DNA from: Lytechinus pictus
Taxonomy: Eukaryota
Direction of reading: 5' to 3'
Assembly: GCF_037042905.1 (NCBI RefSeq)
Contig: NC_087250.1
Location: forward strand, 16,618,001 to 16,682,000
DNA length: 64,000 bases
The notes beneath the pieces are model-generated. The model was not told where the DNA came from and did not search any database. It saw only the letters and a program-made list of their open reading frames with translations. A program made the position numbers and the translations under genes. This document shows positions 23,808 through 38,024 of this stretch, piece after piece. Each line of letters opens with the position of its first letter. Within the stretch, counting starts at the first letter, position 1.

Positions 23808-25346
23808 TGTTTGGAAGACCTAGCAACTTGATTATTATTACTTCTTTTTTTTTGTTAATGTGGAATATTCGATGGTAAAAGGATAAAATAAGGCCTCCAC
23901 TGTCCACCATTCCACTGAATGATGCTGGGTTGGAGCGTAACCCGACGCTCATTTCGTGAAAAAAAATGATTTCAAACATCGGATATATCTGTCCCCGGCC
24001 TTTCGGGAATAAGGGGGCACTTTTTTTACGAAAGTTCGTGCTATATGACGGGACTACCCTACCCGACGCAATCACTCGGTGAAATGGAACAAGTCATGAA
24101 TATTATATGCCATGTTGGATCCTAACTCATAACAATGTCTATTATTTTGTTCATAATAATATTAGTAATATTACTTCTCAAACTAGCGTGTGTATCAACA
24201 TGGACCTACATGGTGCTTTCTATCGTCCAATAATGACTTTGTATAAAAAAAAGGGGTCGCATATTTACAAAATGGAATAAGTTTGAAATTAGCATGATTA
24301 CGTAGGTCTGGTCTAGTGTGGTTTTACTGTAGGGCTCATGATGGGCCCGTATTCTGGACTCGGATTTAACTTAGACCATGCATGGTCCAGTTATTCTAAG
24401 ATCATGGGAAGCCAATCATGGCAATTTTTTTATCTATATATTTTTTTTATTAATAAATCGTCAACATACAAATCTTTTACATCAAAGTTCACTATAAAGA
24501 CTGTTCATATGGTATGTTTCTTATGGTTATTATGCACGTTCCTAATTCTTTAATGGTGAAAAAAATTATTTAATCTATCCTTTCAAGGTAGAGAGTCAGA
24601 TGCGCTGAAATTATGAACCTCTAATTTTAGAGATTTGTGTCACAAATAATGACCTTTTGTGTCACAAATAATGACCTTTTGTGTCACAATTGGCTAGACA
24701 TAGTTAAACCACAACTTTAGACTAGAGTTTAAATTAAACACGACTTCAGAATACGGATCATGGTGTTGGTCTATGTGCCTCACAGGAATAACCCTGATAG
24801 ACCTTTTCGATATTGTTACCATGGTTACCATGTTCTCTGAAGTTCTGTCTTAACGATTTCAGTGAATGACCAACAACGTGTATAGATCGAGGTCCCGTCT
24901 AATGAAGAGTTGCGAATGATTTGATCAATCTCCGCTATATGGAAATACATCATTGTCATAATTTTTCCTACCGAAAATTTGCACAATTTCACTTGTAAAT
25001 AAAGAGGAAGAACACTGATTGGTCAAGACAACGATGAATGTAAGAGCATACACTATATCTAGAAAACATTCTGACCTAACCACGGAAATTGGATCAATGG
25101 CAATTCTTTGTAAAGAGGTGGCCCATATCACTTCTGCTAAAGTCAATACATGATGTTACTGATTTGCATTGTTCGCACGAACGATATCACATTAAATTTT
25201 GAAACATATGCACGCTTCTGAAAAGATGTGATGGTTTCATAGACACAATAAATAAAAAAAAAAGATTAGGCGACTCATTATGCATATCACTCATACTAAT
25301 GAAACCTCTTAAACGATCCGTGTATGTAATAGGTAATGAGGTAATT

Positions 25347-25877
25347 CAGTGCGTCCCACAAAAAAGGAGTGTTGTTTTTAGCGATAGATTTCACAATTAT
25401 TAATATGATTTTACTATAAAGTTGATGCTCATGGCAAGAGTGGAAACTCATCTTTAGTTTGAAAACAAGAGCTTTGCAAATCGTTCATGCATGGCAGATC
25501 ACAAACAATGAATATTGAGACATATCAGAAACGATTTGCGCAGAAACTCTCGTGTGGATCTGAATCCACTCTCATTTCAGGGGTCAGTAACAGAATACAA
25601 AAGAAATACTAATTAGCAAATCGTCGAATAAGCAAGATCGTCGTTCCACGAACCAATCCTGTCCAATTTTTCTGCGCAACCTGGTTTTGACTTTAAAATT
25701 CCAAACCCGTCTTGCTCAATTAATGCGTGAAATGTTCGTCTCGTATTAATTGTGTTGAATCAAATTAAAGAGGAATGATTGAATTGTATGATTATGTAAA
25801 TAAAATATTATAATTTCTTTGCCATTGACGGAAAAAGACATGGGAATCCCGGTTTCCCTTTTTTCTGGGACGCTCTG
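25347..25877. mobile_element. Tc1/mariner-like MITE (degenerate)
   Basis: Inverted termini CAGTGCGTCCCA / TGGGACGCTCTG. TA TSD not preserved. Confidence 0.5.
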
Positions 25878-27789
25878 TTTATTTTGTCTCGTTCAGTAAG
25901 TCGGTCTCTCTTTTTTAATTTCTTATTTGACCGTGTTCTCCATGACCCTTTAACATGTTGACGGATGACCAGATACTACATACATCTGATTGTGCCTTCA
26001 TGTTATTGATTTGTGGCTAATTTTATTGAGATCGTGTTGACAATTTTATAGTCACTCGTACGTGCTTTATAACGTGTCGTTTGATCTCTATATGTATAGG
26101 CCCTCCCTCTGAAATATTTGAATAAATTATTGGTTTTGTCCAACTCTATATAACGTTATAAGATCACATCATTTGCATTCATGGTTTCTCTTCATGTCAT
26201 GTGCATTATACTTTTAGTGATATTTCATCATCTCAACAACCCGGCAGCTCACCTTGGTGATTAGTTGATGTTAACATGGTTAATAAGCTGAAAAAATAGA
26301 GCAAAATATTAACTCCCTGGATATTTTTTCCGCTTCCCTTCCTTACCTATATTTATTTGATACAAGAGAAGGCAAGGGTTTGGGGTTTTTTATCAGTTTA
26401 TTGAATATTGTTAGAAAATTACATGTACGTTCAATTCCATATCAGGTATGTTTAGTCTAAAAAATCAAGCGTATGGTCTTTTTAACACAAATTTGAATTT
26501 TTGTGCATTTAATCATAGTACTATGTTTGCATGCAATGCAAAGTTACACTTAATTTCGGGTATGGAGGCGTTGCAAGATTATTTGCAATCAGTTGAAAAT
26601 ATTTCGTTGCAACTTTACAATATAAAGCTGTAGCCTTTGTTAGATTTACAAGAGACGGATCAGCAGTCAAACACAATTTTGCGTATAAATACAAGACAAA
26701 TGATTGTTTAGGGACCGAAAATAGACTTGAAAATGACTGCAAGTTTCTCATAACGCCCCATTTGGCTAATTTGCAATTGAACATAGGTTTCTTGCAACAC
26801 CTATTTGATTCACTTTTTTTTTTTTTGAGAGGGGATATTTTTCCCCTTAAAGTCACGCTCCCTCCAATCCGGCCAACTAGCTATGTTATGCTATGTACAT
26901 CGTCACAAGGCCCCATGGTAGACCAACATATTGTTGAATGGGCTTCCATGTTATTAAACAAAAAATAATAATAAAATAAATTATTTCCTACTTTTCTTCC
27001 TCTTTCCCGTATTTATTTTCTCTGTCTCTCTCTCTTTCTCTCTCTTCCTCTCTCACACAGGTTCCTTCTTTTCCTATTTTATTCCATTTACGTATTCGAC
27101 TTTCCTTTTTCGCTCTCTGCATAACGGGGGGGGGGGTAAGACAGCAGCGTTGGAACGCGACCGTTTCGCCAACAAACTCCTTCATTTAATAATGATAATA
27201 ATGATAATGATAATGGTAATAAAATAATAATGATAATAATAATCATGATAATAACAATAATAATTTCATGAGGAGTGCAGGGCCGTTGGGGCACGGTTTC
27301 CTTCATCCCCTCTTCATTTTTGTTTATTCTTTTTTTGGGGTCCCCTTTTTATTTTCCTTTTCAATTCCACTTCTTTTTTCCCCTTTACCCTTTTTTAGGG
27401 GTGGGGGCAAGGCCCCTTGCCCGCTGTATCCGCGCCTGTCGAAGGCAAATTCTTTTCTCATCAGACCTTTACTTTTTTTCTTTTTTTATATCTTTTCCAG
27501 TCATTTGTGGGGAAAATGCTACGCAACAATAAACACCATCCTTTATCTTTAAAAAAAATTATGAGTTCACTTTTCCCCGTTTTTCTCTTCCCCTCTTGGT
27601 TTCGTTTCGTTTGCTCATCTCTCTCTCCCCCTCTCTTCCTCTCTAATTTTCTCTCTAGCTCTCTCTCTCTCTCTCTCTCTGTTCTATATTCACGCATAAA
27701 ACGACAGTTGAACTATGTGGTTCGATCCTGCACCAAAGTAATTTTTTTTACGGCAAGATGGTCAAATCAGATCATCGAGGTACAGAGAC

Positions 27790-30700
27790 TATGGTGGCCC
27801 TGAAGGGACATCGCAAATAGACCAAATCGCGAATATTCACGACGGAATTGGCGACGAAATTCACGACATCGTGAATTTTGTCGCCAATTTCGTCGCGAAT
27901 TATTCACGACGTCGTGAATTTCGTCGCCAATTTCGTCGTGAATTTGTTTTGCTTGCCTGGGCGGTATGCGGGTTGAAACCAATTCGTCTGCTGCTATTCC
28001 TCCACTCACAACAGGGTCTACATTCATTTAGTCTAATGCAATTATATCTATTAAATTTTCGCCTAACAACCATATGGTCCAATAACCATTTGGTCCAGTC
28101 ATCACTTCGTCTAATCACCAGTTGGTTTATGACCATTTCGTCTCATAACTAGTTGGTCTAATATCAATTTTATTTTCCTTAATTTCGCCCAACTAACAAT
28201 TAGTTCAATTAGACCAAATGGTATATGGAATAAATGGCAATTGGACCAACTTGGTTATTTGACGAAATGGCAGTTAGACTAAGTGGATAGTGGACGAACT
28301 GATGGTAGACCAAAATGATAGCAGACGAGTTGGCATTAGACCAATTGAAAATAAACCATTGAAACGACAGAACGATGTCCACTGCTATCCATATGCATAG
28401 GTGGATCCAGGGGGGATGGGGCCGAGGGGCCCGCCCCCCCCCCCCCCCTATTGGCGGAGCAAAAAAAATAAAAAAGGGAAGAAAGAGATTTTAAAAAAGG
28501 AGGGAAAAGAGAGGAGAAAAAAAAAAGAGGAGGAAGACGAGTGAAAAAAATAAGATGAGGGGAAGACATGGAAAAAATAGAATCTTTCATGTCACTATAT
28601 AAAATTTTCGCTCGCGCTTCGCGCTCGCATTGCCTGTTAGGTGTTCCAGGGGCGAATCCAGCCTTCGCCAATAGGGGGGGGCCGGAATTATTTTTTCAGC
28701 CATATTTTCCCCGATCGGCCGCTCGAAGATGATTTTTGGTTTCTGTGAAGGGGTAGTCTTCTTAGCTTTATTATTATAAATCAACATAAATATATAATAT
28801 CATAATCCTTATTTATATAATGTGAGCGCGAAGCGCGAGCTAAATTTTTTTGGAAATCTTATGTATTTTTTTCCTAAAATTTGAACATTCTGGGCAATGT
28901 TTGTTTTCCTAAAAAAGATGTGTATGCAAATAAATAATTACTACGAACGCGAAGCGCGAGCAGAAATGAACTGGTGGAAAAGGTATCTGTTAAAAACTGC
29001 ATGCAGTTAGTAATGAAGACGTTATATATTTTAAAAATCAAATAATGCGAGCCCGATGCGCGAGCTTAATTTTTTGACATTTTTACCTAAAGAATGGAAA
29101 TTCTAAGGACTTTTTGTAACTTAAACAGAATAGGTATGTAATAAACAATTGATGTGAGCGCGAAACGGGAGCTGAAAATTTTTGACATTTCTACATAAAG
29201 AATGAAAATTTTAATCAATTTTTGTAATCGTGAACAGGATAGCTATATAACTAAACAATTGATGCGAGCGCGAAGTGCGAGCGGAAAATCGAGATTTAGA
29301 CCTAAATACGGGTCACTCTATTCATGTTTTGTAAATTTTGAAAAGAATGAGTAAGTCCTACATTAATGATGCCAGCACAAAGCGCGAGCAGAAAATTGTT
29401 TATATTGTGATCTGAAACTGGATAATGATTTGAATAGAGAACAAGTTGAATATCTGAATAAACATGCGCGCACGTGTTTCATATTTAGACCTAGAATCTA
29501 GGCATTCTAAATACATCTTTTATCATGAAAATCAAAGCGAGCGCGAAGCGCGAGCTTAAACTATTTGATATTCCGATCTGAAAAAAAGAGTCAATTTCAG
29601 CTCTATATTTCAAGCACTTTGTAAGAAAATTGTAAGGTGGATATAGATTGAACAGAGCTGATTTTTTCATTATAATTACTTTGAGTTTTGACATAGGACC
29701 GGTACATCCTTAGGACATGAAGGACATGTCATCATATGAAAATGATGACTGTCTTCCTATTTCTCTTGCTAAGCGCGAGATGAAACAAAGGGGACAATTC
29801 AATTATTAAATTAATATCTTATTCATTAATGCCTAATGAAGGCGCGAAGTTTGATGATATTATAGCCTGAAAACTTGAAATTTCAAGCACTTTCAGTTTG
29901 TAATTATAAATGGGATGCATCAGTTAATATATTTTTAACAATTAATGCGAGCGCAAATTGCGAGCCTAAATCTTTGTATACATTTTCATGAAAAGGGATT
30001 GTATAATCAATATTGAGACATACAATCAAAATGCGAGCGTGCAGCGCTAGCTGATGCGTTTTGACAATCAGACCTGAAAAGGTATATTTTGAAAACTTTA
30101 TGGAATACACGAAAATAATAGGTACCTGATAAATCGAAATTTTCGAGCGCACAGCGCGAGCGGAAAATGTTAATATTCAGACCATAAAACTGTCATATTT
30201 ACATAGCACTTTTTAAAAATCAATTTGTAAATCACGCAAAATAATGAAAGTTTGAATTTCGAGATGAATGGAAATATGTTTTGTATATTGACTTCCAAAC
30301 TTGATATTCAAACTTTATATTGAACGAGATATGAAAATCACCTAACAGGCAATGTAAGCGCGAAGCGCGAGCGAAAATTTTATATAGTGACATGAAAGAT
30401 TCTTTTTATTTTCATGTCTTCCCCTCATCTTACCATTCACTCGTCTCCTCCTCTTCTTTTTTTCTACTCTCTTTTCCCTCCTTTTTTAAATTTCTTTCTT
30501 CCCTTTTTTCCTTTTTTTTTGCTCCGCCAATAGGGGGGGGGGGCGGGCCCCTCGGCCCCCTCCCCCCTGGATCCGCCTATGCATATGGATAGCAGTGGAC
30601 ATCGTTCTGTCGTTTCAATGGTTTATTTTCAATTAGTCTAATGCCAACTCGTCTGCTATCATTTTGGTCTACCATTAGTTTGTCCACTATCCACATGGTC

Positions 30701-31254
30701 TAACTGCCATTTCGTCTAATAACCAAGTTGGTCCAATTGCCATTTATTTCATATGCCATTTGGTCTAATTGAACTAAGTGTTAATTGGGCGAAATTAATG
30801 AAAATAAAATTGATATTAGACCAACTAGTTATGAGACGAAATGGTTATAAACGAACTACTGGTGATTATAGACGAAGTGATGACTGGACCAAATGGTTAT
30901 TGGACCATATGGTTGTTAGGCGAAAAGTTAATGGACAGAATTGCATTAGACTAAATGAATGTAGACCCTGTTGTGAGTGGAGGAATTAGCAGCAGACGAA
31001 TTGGTTCAACCTGCATATACTACCCAGGCAAGCAAAACAAATTCACGACGAAATTGGCTACGAAATTCACGACGTCGTGAATTTCGTCGTGAATAATTCG
31101 CGATGAAATTCACGATGTCGTGAATTTCGTCGTGAATATTCAAATTGACGACGAAATTCACGACGATGTTGGCGACGTCGTGAATTTCGTCGCCAATTTC
31201 GTCGTGAATATTCGCGATTTGGTCTATTTGCGATGTCCCTTCAGGGCCACCATA
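27790..31254. mobile_element. Foldback-like composite element with ~860-910-bp inverted arms (27790-28644 / 30340-31254)
   Basis: TA|TGGTGGCCCTGAAGGGACATCGCAAATAGACC at left and the exact reverse complement at right, with a possible TA TSD. Arms contain AAATTCACGACG arrays and nested MITE sequence. Confidence 0.8.
28647..30582. mobile_element. Intact copy of the GCGCGAAGCGCGAGC-motif MITE family
   Basis: Termini CAGGGGCGAATCC / GGATCCGCCTATG. Reverse-colinear with 812-2773. Confidence 0.7.
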
Positions 31255-31843
31255 AGAACCCGGTTCTGTCTTGAGGGGGAGAAAGCATACTAACAGAATT
31301 TCCAAGGGGTACGTGTTGCGAATGTTATATAACGTAAGTCAGCAGTTCCATGAAATTTGCTCCGGCGACAATTGCATCGCTCTAAATTCCACACACTAAT
31401 CGAATGACCAACTTCAAACACCTACTCAGTACCCCCCCCCCTGAAATAAGGGGGGGGGGGGGCTTCAGCAGCCCCACTTCCCACTCCTGCGCAATTATGT
31501 TGTCTGTAAAGTCTGTAAAGACCTGAATTATCTGCCAACTTTACTCGTTTTCAATATAATAAGAAGCCGTACATTTACAATTTTATTCCGTTTTCTATAT
31601 ACTATTATTTAACTCCGTAAAGTTTACTTATTGTCCATAAATGGAAATTCTTCTTCTTTACATGCCGTGCAATATTATAAAGTAAACAAATTATATAAAT
31701 CTACACCGCAATTTATAACGGTGCAACGGTATCTGACGTTTGTTAGTCCCATTGATAAACCATAGTTTTGTCTTCACAACCATGGTCCAGTATCCATTCT
31801 TAAACCAAAGTCATCGTCTACAATCATAATGGTTGTTTAATAA

Positions 31844-32035
31844 GGGGGGTGTTTCATATTAAAAGCTGTTCGTAAGTTACGAATGACTTTACGCACGACT
31901 GACTTTACGCACGACTGGTGACCATTTCTTGTGCTAAATGATATCCCTATGTAACTGATTTAGTGCCTAAGAACAGGTTTCAGTCGTGCGTAAAGTTGTG
32001 CGTAACTTTACGAACAGCTTTATGAAACACCACCC
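31844..32035. mobile_element. Harbinger-like palindromic MITE (other copies at 47490-49842, split, and 50275-50444)
   Basis: GGGGGGTGTTTCAT..AAAGCTGTTCGTAAGTT / AACTTTACGAACAGCTTTATGAAACACCACCC. Confidence 0.7.
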
Positions 32036-32037
32036 AG

Positions 32038-32300
32038 GATAATGGACATAAATCGAAGGTGTTTTTTTTTTACAATGGCGGTGCCTTCCCCAAAAGCTAT
32101 TGCTCTTCAGGAAACCATACAGCTTTATGAACATTGACTGGTGACGTCATCATTTTTAGGGGGAAAGTGAAATACTTTTCCATACACTCTGTTCTCTTCC
32201 TTTTGACATAGGATTTGATCTTCATATCCAGGTTGCCCCGCTTTCTCTGCAGTTGGTATCTGTATAACATGCATCTACCCCGAAGTCACATCTATCGCTC
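32038..32300 (+). promoter_or_regulatory. Copy 1 of a duplicated CRE + IRF-element module
   Basis: Paralogous to 38025-38290. TGACGTCA at 32142, GAAAGTGAAA at 32163. Confidence 0.45.
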
Positions 32301-34174
32301 AATATCGCGCTATAGCACAAACTTTATCATTTGTAAATGTGAAAACATATGCACGCTTATAAAAAGATAGAATTACATAGACCCCAAAAATAAGTAGCAA
32401 ATTCGAAATCTAGAAATCTCTCGACGTTTTGCTTTAATAGCACAGTCATACTTACAGAATGTCTAAAACGACTGTGCAATCGGTAATATTTTTTCTTGTT
32501 TTTTCGTTTTGCTTTGTTCTTTTTTTTTCTCTCTCTCTCCTTATTGTGCAATGTCAGTTTGAATTTAATGGGATTTTAAAGAAAAAAGTCGTCATTCAAC
32601 TTAAGATTTATCTATAGATTATGATGTGTGTTTGTGTTTTATACAGCACCGATTAGTATTAAAACAGCATCGGTTCGATTCCAAACTGGTGTTCTTTCAT
32701 TACTTCTCTGATGTGCACATGTTAAATCAACACCGGAGTTTTTGCAGTGTTCAACGCACTGGTGGATCTAGGGGAGGGGGGCATAGCCGGTCCGTGCCCC
32801 CTCCCCTTTTGAGAGGCACAATTAAAATTTGCAATGTAAAAATGTCGTTAAAACAGGAGCATGTCCACCCGTTTGAAAGTGAAGACCATTTTTATTATTT
32901 GTGTTTTCTTGTCAATTTTTTTCGTGGACGAAATGTCCTTATTCTTTGGTTGAAAATCTTTTTAGTTATTTTCTTCTTTTTTTATCTTTTTTTTCGTTTT
33001 TGCTTGTAAATGTTTTTCGTTGACGAATACATTTTTGCTTGAAAAGCTTTTTCTTTGTTTGTTTTTGTTTTGGTTGTCAATTTTTTCCTCGGGGAAAATT
33101 GCCCCCCCCCCCCCTTCCCTTCAGAAAATCCTGGATCCGCCCCTGCCTCAACGTTATTTTTTACTTCAAGATGGTCTTTCACTCCCATGAAAAGATTCTC
33201 TATTGTAGAATATGTAGAAAGTGTCCTACTGAGTTTATCGATATATTGACAAGTGTATATACATGCATTCATCCACCAAAGTAATTTAACCAATATCTTA
33301 CATGAGCACTTACTGCGAAAAAATAAAAAGTATCCATGTGAACAAAAAGATGTACATACAAAAGATTATTTATTTTTTTGGTTCTAATATGCATTATTTG
33401 TGCTTAAATGGGGGAAAATACAAGTATAACATGAAACAAAATGCACATTAACATATTTTGTCTTTAAATTATAAACATTGTGAAGAACTTGGAGTCAATC
33501 AACTCTGCCAGAAGTCCAGGGGATGCATGGCATCGGGCCTTTTTACACATGAATCTTGAATCATCATTGTAAAGACTGCAATTCGTCTTTAGAATCATCG
33601 GACCTTTCACACGGAAAATTCGTACCGTAATTTGAGTGAAACTTAACTGGAATTCACCTCCGGAGTAGAATTTAATTATGTGATTTTGATTCGCGTTCGT
33701 GAATCTAGTTTGGTTTCACACGTGCTAAAAATTCGTCTTTGGCCTTATTTTTCACTGGAATCATTCAAATTACGATTTTTTTTACCGTGTGAAAGGGCGG
33801 ATAGATGTAGATGAGAGACTTTTTTTCATGTGTGTTATTGAATAAAGATGATAGACTTAGAGTTGCACTTCAAAAATTGAAATTTTCAGATCAAAGTAAA
33901 ATTATATCAAATGTTGACGCTGTAAGGAAAAATGCACGGAAACAATATCTCAATTTAGCTGATTAATCTGTACATTTATTAGTTTTCTATAAAAAGCCGT
34001 ATTAATTAGCGATTTTATTCCGTATTCTATCTTCAGCTTGAAAATGATTTACGGAAATTGTTAGCTATGCATGATAATTGACGTTTGTTCGTCCATGGTT
34101 AAGCAATGTCTTTAAAGTATACATCCAAAGAATCAAAAGTATTTTATAATGACTTTATGTGGTCATCATTGTAA

Positions 34175-35383
34175 AGGGGAAGTATTACTAATCAGATATA
34201 TAACTTCACTTTTCAAAATAGTGATCAGAGATTGCAGAAATCAGCTCTCAAAAATGATTTATTTTCATGCCATATTTCTGCCTTCCACCGGTCCTCTTGC
34301 GAGCTCCAGCTGAGTGACGTCACACAATGAGCAGTGAGCAGCCAGCAGCCCATTGGAGACGATCTTTCCAATCAGCGTTTTTTGCTCTTAGAATTGTTTA
34401 TTCCTCTTAAGATTGGTCTTGTTATGTAGATAAAAGTTTGAATTTACTGAACAGTGAAAAAAAGTGCACATTTAACGTATTTTGGTAACCGATATTTAGC
34501 TTAGAATTTTTTTTTTTTCAAGAAATATATGTGAATAAACAAAGCATATTTTCACGTAGAAATCACACTTGCGTCACATTAATGTTATAGTCAATATAAA
34601 GCATAGACATTCTTCTTTATGACTGAACAAAAATTATGAAATTTCATTAAGTAGCAAAGTCAGGAACCACAAAAAAACACGGCAATATCCATCGCGAAAT
34701 GACTGAAATTGCAGTTGAATTGCCGAAGCATTATTAGGAAACAGCGGCGAGCGGACTTTCTTTCATATATCTTAAATGCCTTCGTGTTAGGGCGATGGTC
34801 TGTGGCCAAATGCGTTGGCCATTGTTTTGTCATGTGCGAGGACCCTGGTTCGAAACTCGGATTTTTTTTACTGGGTATTTTTTTTTATTCCTTCCCCGTC
34901 CCTACCCATCTTTTTTTTTCTCTTTTTATTTTCTTGTGAAATTCTATTCAGACCTGTATTTATCAAATCTTGCTTCTTAATTGCTGCTTTTGATTTTCAA
35001 GTTCTTGATTAGATTATTTCTACTCTTATTTGGGATGGGAGGGGTAGAGTTAAAAGTCAAGTCCACATCAACTAAAAATTATTTGAATAGAGTAATTTCC
35101 CTTGTTGTTTTTACTCAAAACAGTCATATACACAAAACAATGATATGCAAATTAGAGTTGTCACTCACAGCACATTCGTTTCTATTTTTTGTGGCATTTT
35201 GTTTTTTATTCTTTGCAGATTTGACGATAGGAAACTCTTCATCTGATCACAATAGGTTATATTTACGGAACTGTTAAAATAGTAATTATATAAATTTGAA
35301 TCAAAGTTTTTAAGAAATTTCCTGCAATATCTTGTTATTTTTCTTTAAATTCAAATGAATTTTTGATTGCGTGGACTTCTCCT
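34175..35383. mobile_element. Kolobok-like non-autonomous element
   Basis: Inverted ends GTAAAGGGGAAGT / ACTTCTCCTTTAC, with the same end style as 61483-62077. Confidence 0.5.
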
Positions 35384-36358
35384 TTACTCTTAATGTAGGG
35401 AATGCATAGCAAAATTTATCCAGAAACAAAATTGTCTTAGAATATGCAAATCAGTAATTGGACACATGTTTACTTTTCTTTCATCCAGGCCACTTCCTCA
35501 CATCCACCAGGCTTTCAGTCTTATAACAAAAATGATGAACCATCACACAACATTCACAGTGCTTCACAATAAATATTTCACTTCTGTTCATATATGCAAT
35601 AAATATTGTGGAAAACAAATAAAAGGCGTACCCATATTCAAATACCGTTTAAAAGGACAAATATATTATACCTTTCGAGAAAAATCAGCACGTTAAATAT
35701 CTGATAACAAAACATAATTATGGGGCACTGCAAGAAACTTATGTTCAATTGCAAATCAAGCGTAAGTCTTAAATTCAAATTCAAGCGTAATAAGGTCGAG
35801 TTGCAATCGCAATTCAACTACATGTTTAATCAAAGGACTTCCCCTTGATTTGGGACGTGTGATTGAGTATAACATTTCTCGCAAAATGCCCTAGTAACAT
35901 TAAAATTGTTCTTTCGTTTAAATTGTGTGTTATTATTTTTGACAAGCTGTATTCCTGTCCAAGTCAAATTTCTTAGTTCTCTCCAAAACTGTGCTCAAAG
36001 TTGTTTCCAAGATTGATAAGAAAAATTTTCTTTTGTATCATTATCAGTCCACAACTTGCAAACCGTAGGTCCTGGAAAGAGTGAAGAAAAAAATGGCTAT
36101 ACCCAAATCATAGTAAAAGGACATGATGGAATCTCCCAGATTGAGGTAGCAAGCAGAGACCAGAAGTCACCAGAGTCAGCAAGTGTGCAGATCTGTGTGT
36201 AGAAGAGAGAAAAAAAGAAATAGTTTAAATAATCAAATCAAAGTATGAATTTAATTATCGTGATGATTGATGACGTGCGGTGGCATGTAATTCCCGGTCA
36301 ACAACAAATGATAGTAGGTTTAGACACCTGAAAAGTTCCACTCAGAACACTGGTGCTC

Positions 36359-36515
36359 TACCTCAAGTGACGTTTGTGTAGGCCCCACTCCACTTCACTA
36401 CCGCTACACTACCGTACATGTACGCCACACCTACCCGGGTAGGTGTGTAGCGTAGTGTAGGCTGTAGCAGTACTCCAGTAGTGAAGTGGAGACTACACGA
36501 ACATCACTTGAGGTA
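36359..36515. repeat. Hairpin MITE-like palindrome with perfect 22-bp core CACACCTACCCGGGTAGGTGTG (36426-36447)
   Basis: Outer arms TACCTCAAGTGA / TCACTTGAGGTA and inner arms CTCCACTTCACTAC / GTAGTGAAGTGGAG. Confidence 0.7.
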
Positions 36516-36646
36516 CGGTGCTCTCTGAGGTTCTGTGTCATTACAAAGATTGCATTTATCTTCATTGTTGAAGGCATTACGCATACATATATGCAGCAAC
36601 ACTCTAATCAGAAAGAAACACCAGACTCTAATTTTGGCCCACCCAA

Positions 36647-37242
36647 GGGTTCATTACATGCCGCCGCGCACAGAAAATTCAAGCCATAGAAGTGGTGGAC
36701 CCAAGAAGTGAGATCCCAGCACGCGCGACCCACTAGTTAGAAATCCACTGCCAAACGCGGTTCGTGGTTAGTATACTAATACTAACCTCGCAATACGTAC
36801 TAGTAGTATACAAATACTAACCTCGCAATACGTGTGAGTGATTTTGGCCAGGAATCAGGGTAATCACTGCTGAAAATTTGTCTGGCTTCATGACATCGGC
36901 ATCATGGTGATATAATTCTGTGTATAATAAAAACTTAAACATTCCTCTGAAACAGCAGATTTTCAGCCATGGTCCATACCACTCAGTGCTCCTAAATAAT
37001 TTAATCGCCTGCCTGAGTCCTGACCAGTTTTAGAAATCTGAAGAAAAAATCTGCTGGAATTGTGCCACTCACACGTATTAAGTATACTAACCTCGCACCA
37101 CGAACCGCGTTTGGCAGTGGATTTCTAACTAGTGGGTCGCGCGTGCTTAGCCTGGAGGCGTCTGGGATCTCACTTCTTGGGTCCACAACACACGACTTCC
37201 ATGGCTTGATTTTTTATGTGCGTGGCGGCATGTAATGAACCC
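36647..37242. mobile_element. MITE with long imperfect TIRs (Harbinger-like ends)
   Basis: GGGTTCATTACATGCCGCC... / ...GGCGGCATGTAATGAACCC, with about 150 bp of inverted homology. Confidence 0.7.
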
Positions 37243-38024
37243 AAAAACATTATTTCTAAAATAAAAACGTTTTAATTTTAATAGTAGTTATGCCAAAATG
37301 CATGATTCTAAACTTATATCAGATCTGTATCTGTCATCTGACCTGAATGCATCGTCAGAACAAGTACAGTTTCCAAACATGCTTACCTTGACTTTTGACT
37401 GGATCAAACAGCGTAGCCTGCAACATGCATCGGGAGCAAGTGAATGGGACCATGCAGCTTGGAGTTTTTCAATAGTTAGTAGAGCAACACAACGAAGACT
37501 GTCGAGTGGACAAAATCGATCTTTCCAGTTCACAATTCAATAAAAAAACGGGCAAAATAACACAGTTCTGGTTCCCTTATAGTCTGAAGTTGTCGAAAAC
37601 AGAATTCGGATGTCCCATTACATGAAGAAAACGGTAAATTCGGAAGATATTGAAGAGGTCAGTAAGGTGATTCAGTGTATTTCACTATTATGCACAGTAC
37701 AGAGGGATGATGAGCTCGATGATTGTGTGACGTCATTATTCTCGACTGTTTTCACTGCGTGAACTGTCGGTCTGGGGGCGGCTGGGGGGCTTAGAATGGT
37801 CTCTAATAATTTCATTTCTTGCATTTCCACGACATCAATAAGACTTTTTAGTGACATATTTGTGTATAAAAAGACAAGACCTTTCCATTCATATATAATT
37901 TGTCTATAATCATCACTTTCGTGAATTTTTTTGGATGTATACTTTAAACCATGCGTGGTCAATCATCGATCTAATCTAAAAACTAAAATCCTCGTTTGCC
38001 TTGATGTTTATTATGGTTAATCGT

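Noticed and set aside
27825..27945. AAATTCACGACG short-repeat array as CRISPR or coding sequence
   Set aside because: These are subterminal direct and inverted repeats of a TIR element with no unique spacers. The overlapping ORFs are repeat translations.
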